A DNA stretch of 64,000 bases, taken from positions 147,169 through 211,168 of the IMG/VR virus record IMGVR_UViG_3300023181_000025. One strand, 5' to 3'. Below, one piece after another: positions 63,368 to 64,000 of the stretch. Position 1 is the stretch's first letter. Each line of letters starts with the position of its first letter. A model generated the notes under the pieces. That model was not told the origin of the DNA. It saw only the letters and a program-made list of their open reading frames with translations, and did no database searches. Position numbers and translations under genes: made by a program.

Positions 63368-63592
63368 ATGAAAATTACCGATATGAAAACACGCCCCACA
63401 AAAGAACAAATCGAAATCCTAGCTGCAAAAGCTTCGGACCCGGAACCCGTATGGGATTTTGTCGGATCTCTCCCCTTCGGATCAACCCTGCCCGACAATC
63501 TTGCAAACCTAGCTATGGATGCACGTTTGTATGGATGGGATAAAAGCATTGTGGACGCAATTCGCGAGGGAATCAAAATGGCGGTTTATTAA
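63368..63592 (+). CDS. Hypothetical protein
   Basis: NL.MDARLY.W....V.AI..GI. Confidence 0.7.
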   Translation: MKITDMKTRPTKEQIEILAAKASDPEPVWDFVGSLPFGSTLPDNLANLAMDARLYGWDKSIVDAIREGIKMAVY

Positions 63593-63636
63593 ATTATAAG
63601 TTGACCGGCGCGGGAAATCCAATTAGTTTCTCCCTA

Positions 63637-63888
63637 ATGAGTGCAACCCAAACGATTCCAGAAAGCGAAACCATCGAATGTGAAGGCGTGAAGTTTTATT
63701 TTTTGGATTTGATGGAAGATGATAGCCGCAACTTTATTCTATACGTCTTGCTAGACGGGGAGTGGGTCGCGGCTGATTATGTCTGCCCATTCTACTGCCG
63801 GGATATGACTCTCAATTTTCTTGCGACCTATCTTAAGCAAGTTGGCGCGCTTTCCGTTAGCGTGGAGGATTTCGGGCCGGACCAATAA
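63637..63888 (+). CDS. Hypothetical protein
   Basis: Leaderless after promoter at 63601. Confidence 0.65.
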   Translation: MSATQTIPESETIECEGVKFYFLDLMEDDSRNFILYVLLDGEWVAADYVCPFYCRDMTLNFLATYLKQVGALSVSVEDFGPDQ

Positions 63889-63913
63889 AAACTAAACAAA
63901 TCTAAACAAAGTT

Positions 63914-63940
63914 GAGCGGCTCGCCCCCGCTCTTTTTTTT
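63914..63940 (+). terminator. Rho-independent terminator
   Basis: GAGCGG/CCGCTC stem plus T8. Confidence 0.8.
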
Positions 63941-64000
63941 GTGCCTGTATCAAAAAATTGCATGCAATATTAATGATTGGGGAAATTGATAGTTTAAGCT

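Noticed and set aside
16420-63637. Bacteroidota host, suggested by absence of Shine-Dalgarno motifs
   Set aside because: Promoters are TTGACA/TAnnnT type, not the Bacteroidota TTTG/TAnnTTTG type, and a PEP-CTERM gene is present.
1-64000. Alternative genetic code (stop-codon reassignment)
   Set aside because: TAA, TAG and TGA all end well-tiled genes and coding density is already high in code 11. Only two or three isolated internal stops of different types were seen.
1-64000. CRISPR array or diversity-generating retroelement
   Set aside because: No regularly spaced repeats, cas genes or reverse transcriptase. Mismatches in the 238-bp duplication are mostly synonymous transitions in both directions, not adenine-specific.

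Overview
64 kb from a large, AT-rich lytic dsDNA bacteriophage, covering an early/accessory region with no virion structural genes. It holds about 170 short, densely packed genes, almost all on the + strand. Recognisable products are a 5'-truncated NAMPT/NadV, thioredoxin, GT32 glycosyltransferase, Pif1 helicase, 2H phosphoesterase, Lar-like protein, RelA/SpoT-type HD hydrolase, RNase HI, RuvB-like ATPase, two SprT proteases, DUF262, TilS, a bL12-CTD-like protein, RadC/JAB and a tiny PEP-CTERM protein. The PEP-CTERM tail, the lack of Shine-Dalgarno motifs and several GC-rich patches point to a GC-rich host, possibly Verrucomicrobiota (inference). The region is built of cassettes, each a sigma70-type promoter followed by one or a few genes. 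Many ATGs sit at the predicted transcription start (leaderless mRNAs). Several Cys-containing paralog families are expanded, and there are traces of cassette shuffling at promoters. The most unusual items are non-coding: (1) two tRNAs (CAT and Leu-TAA), each fused tail-to-tail to a different HTH-HNH nuclease gene, with the same boundary motifs; (2) an intergenic RNA of about 150 nt that reproduces the P3/P7/P8 core of a group I ribozyme; (3) a 125-nt tRNA-like RNA with a 9-bp acceptor stem and encoded G-CCA; (4) other promoter-driven, ORF-free structured RNAs. All calls are from manual motif reading; no searches or folding programs were run.
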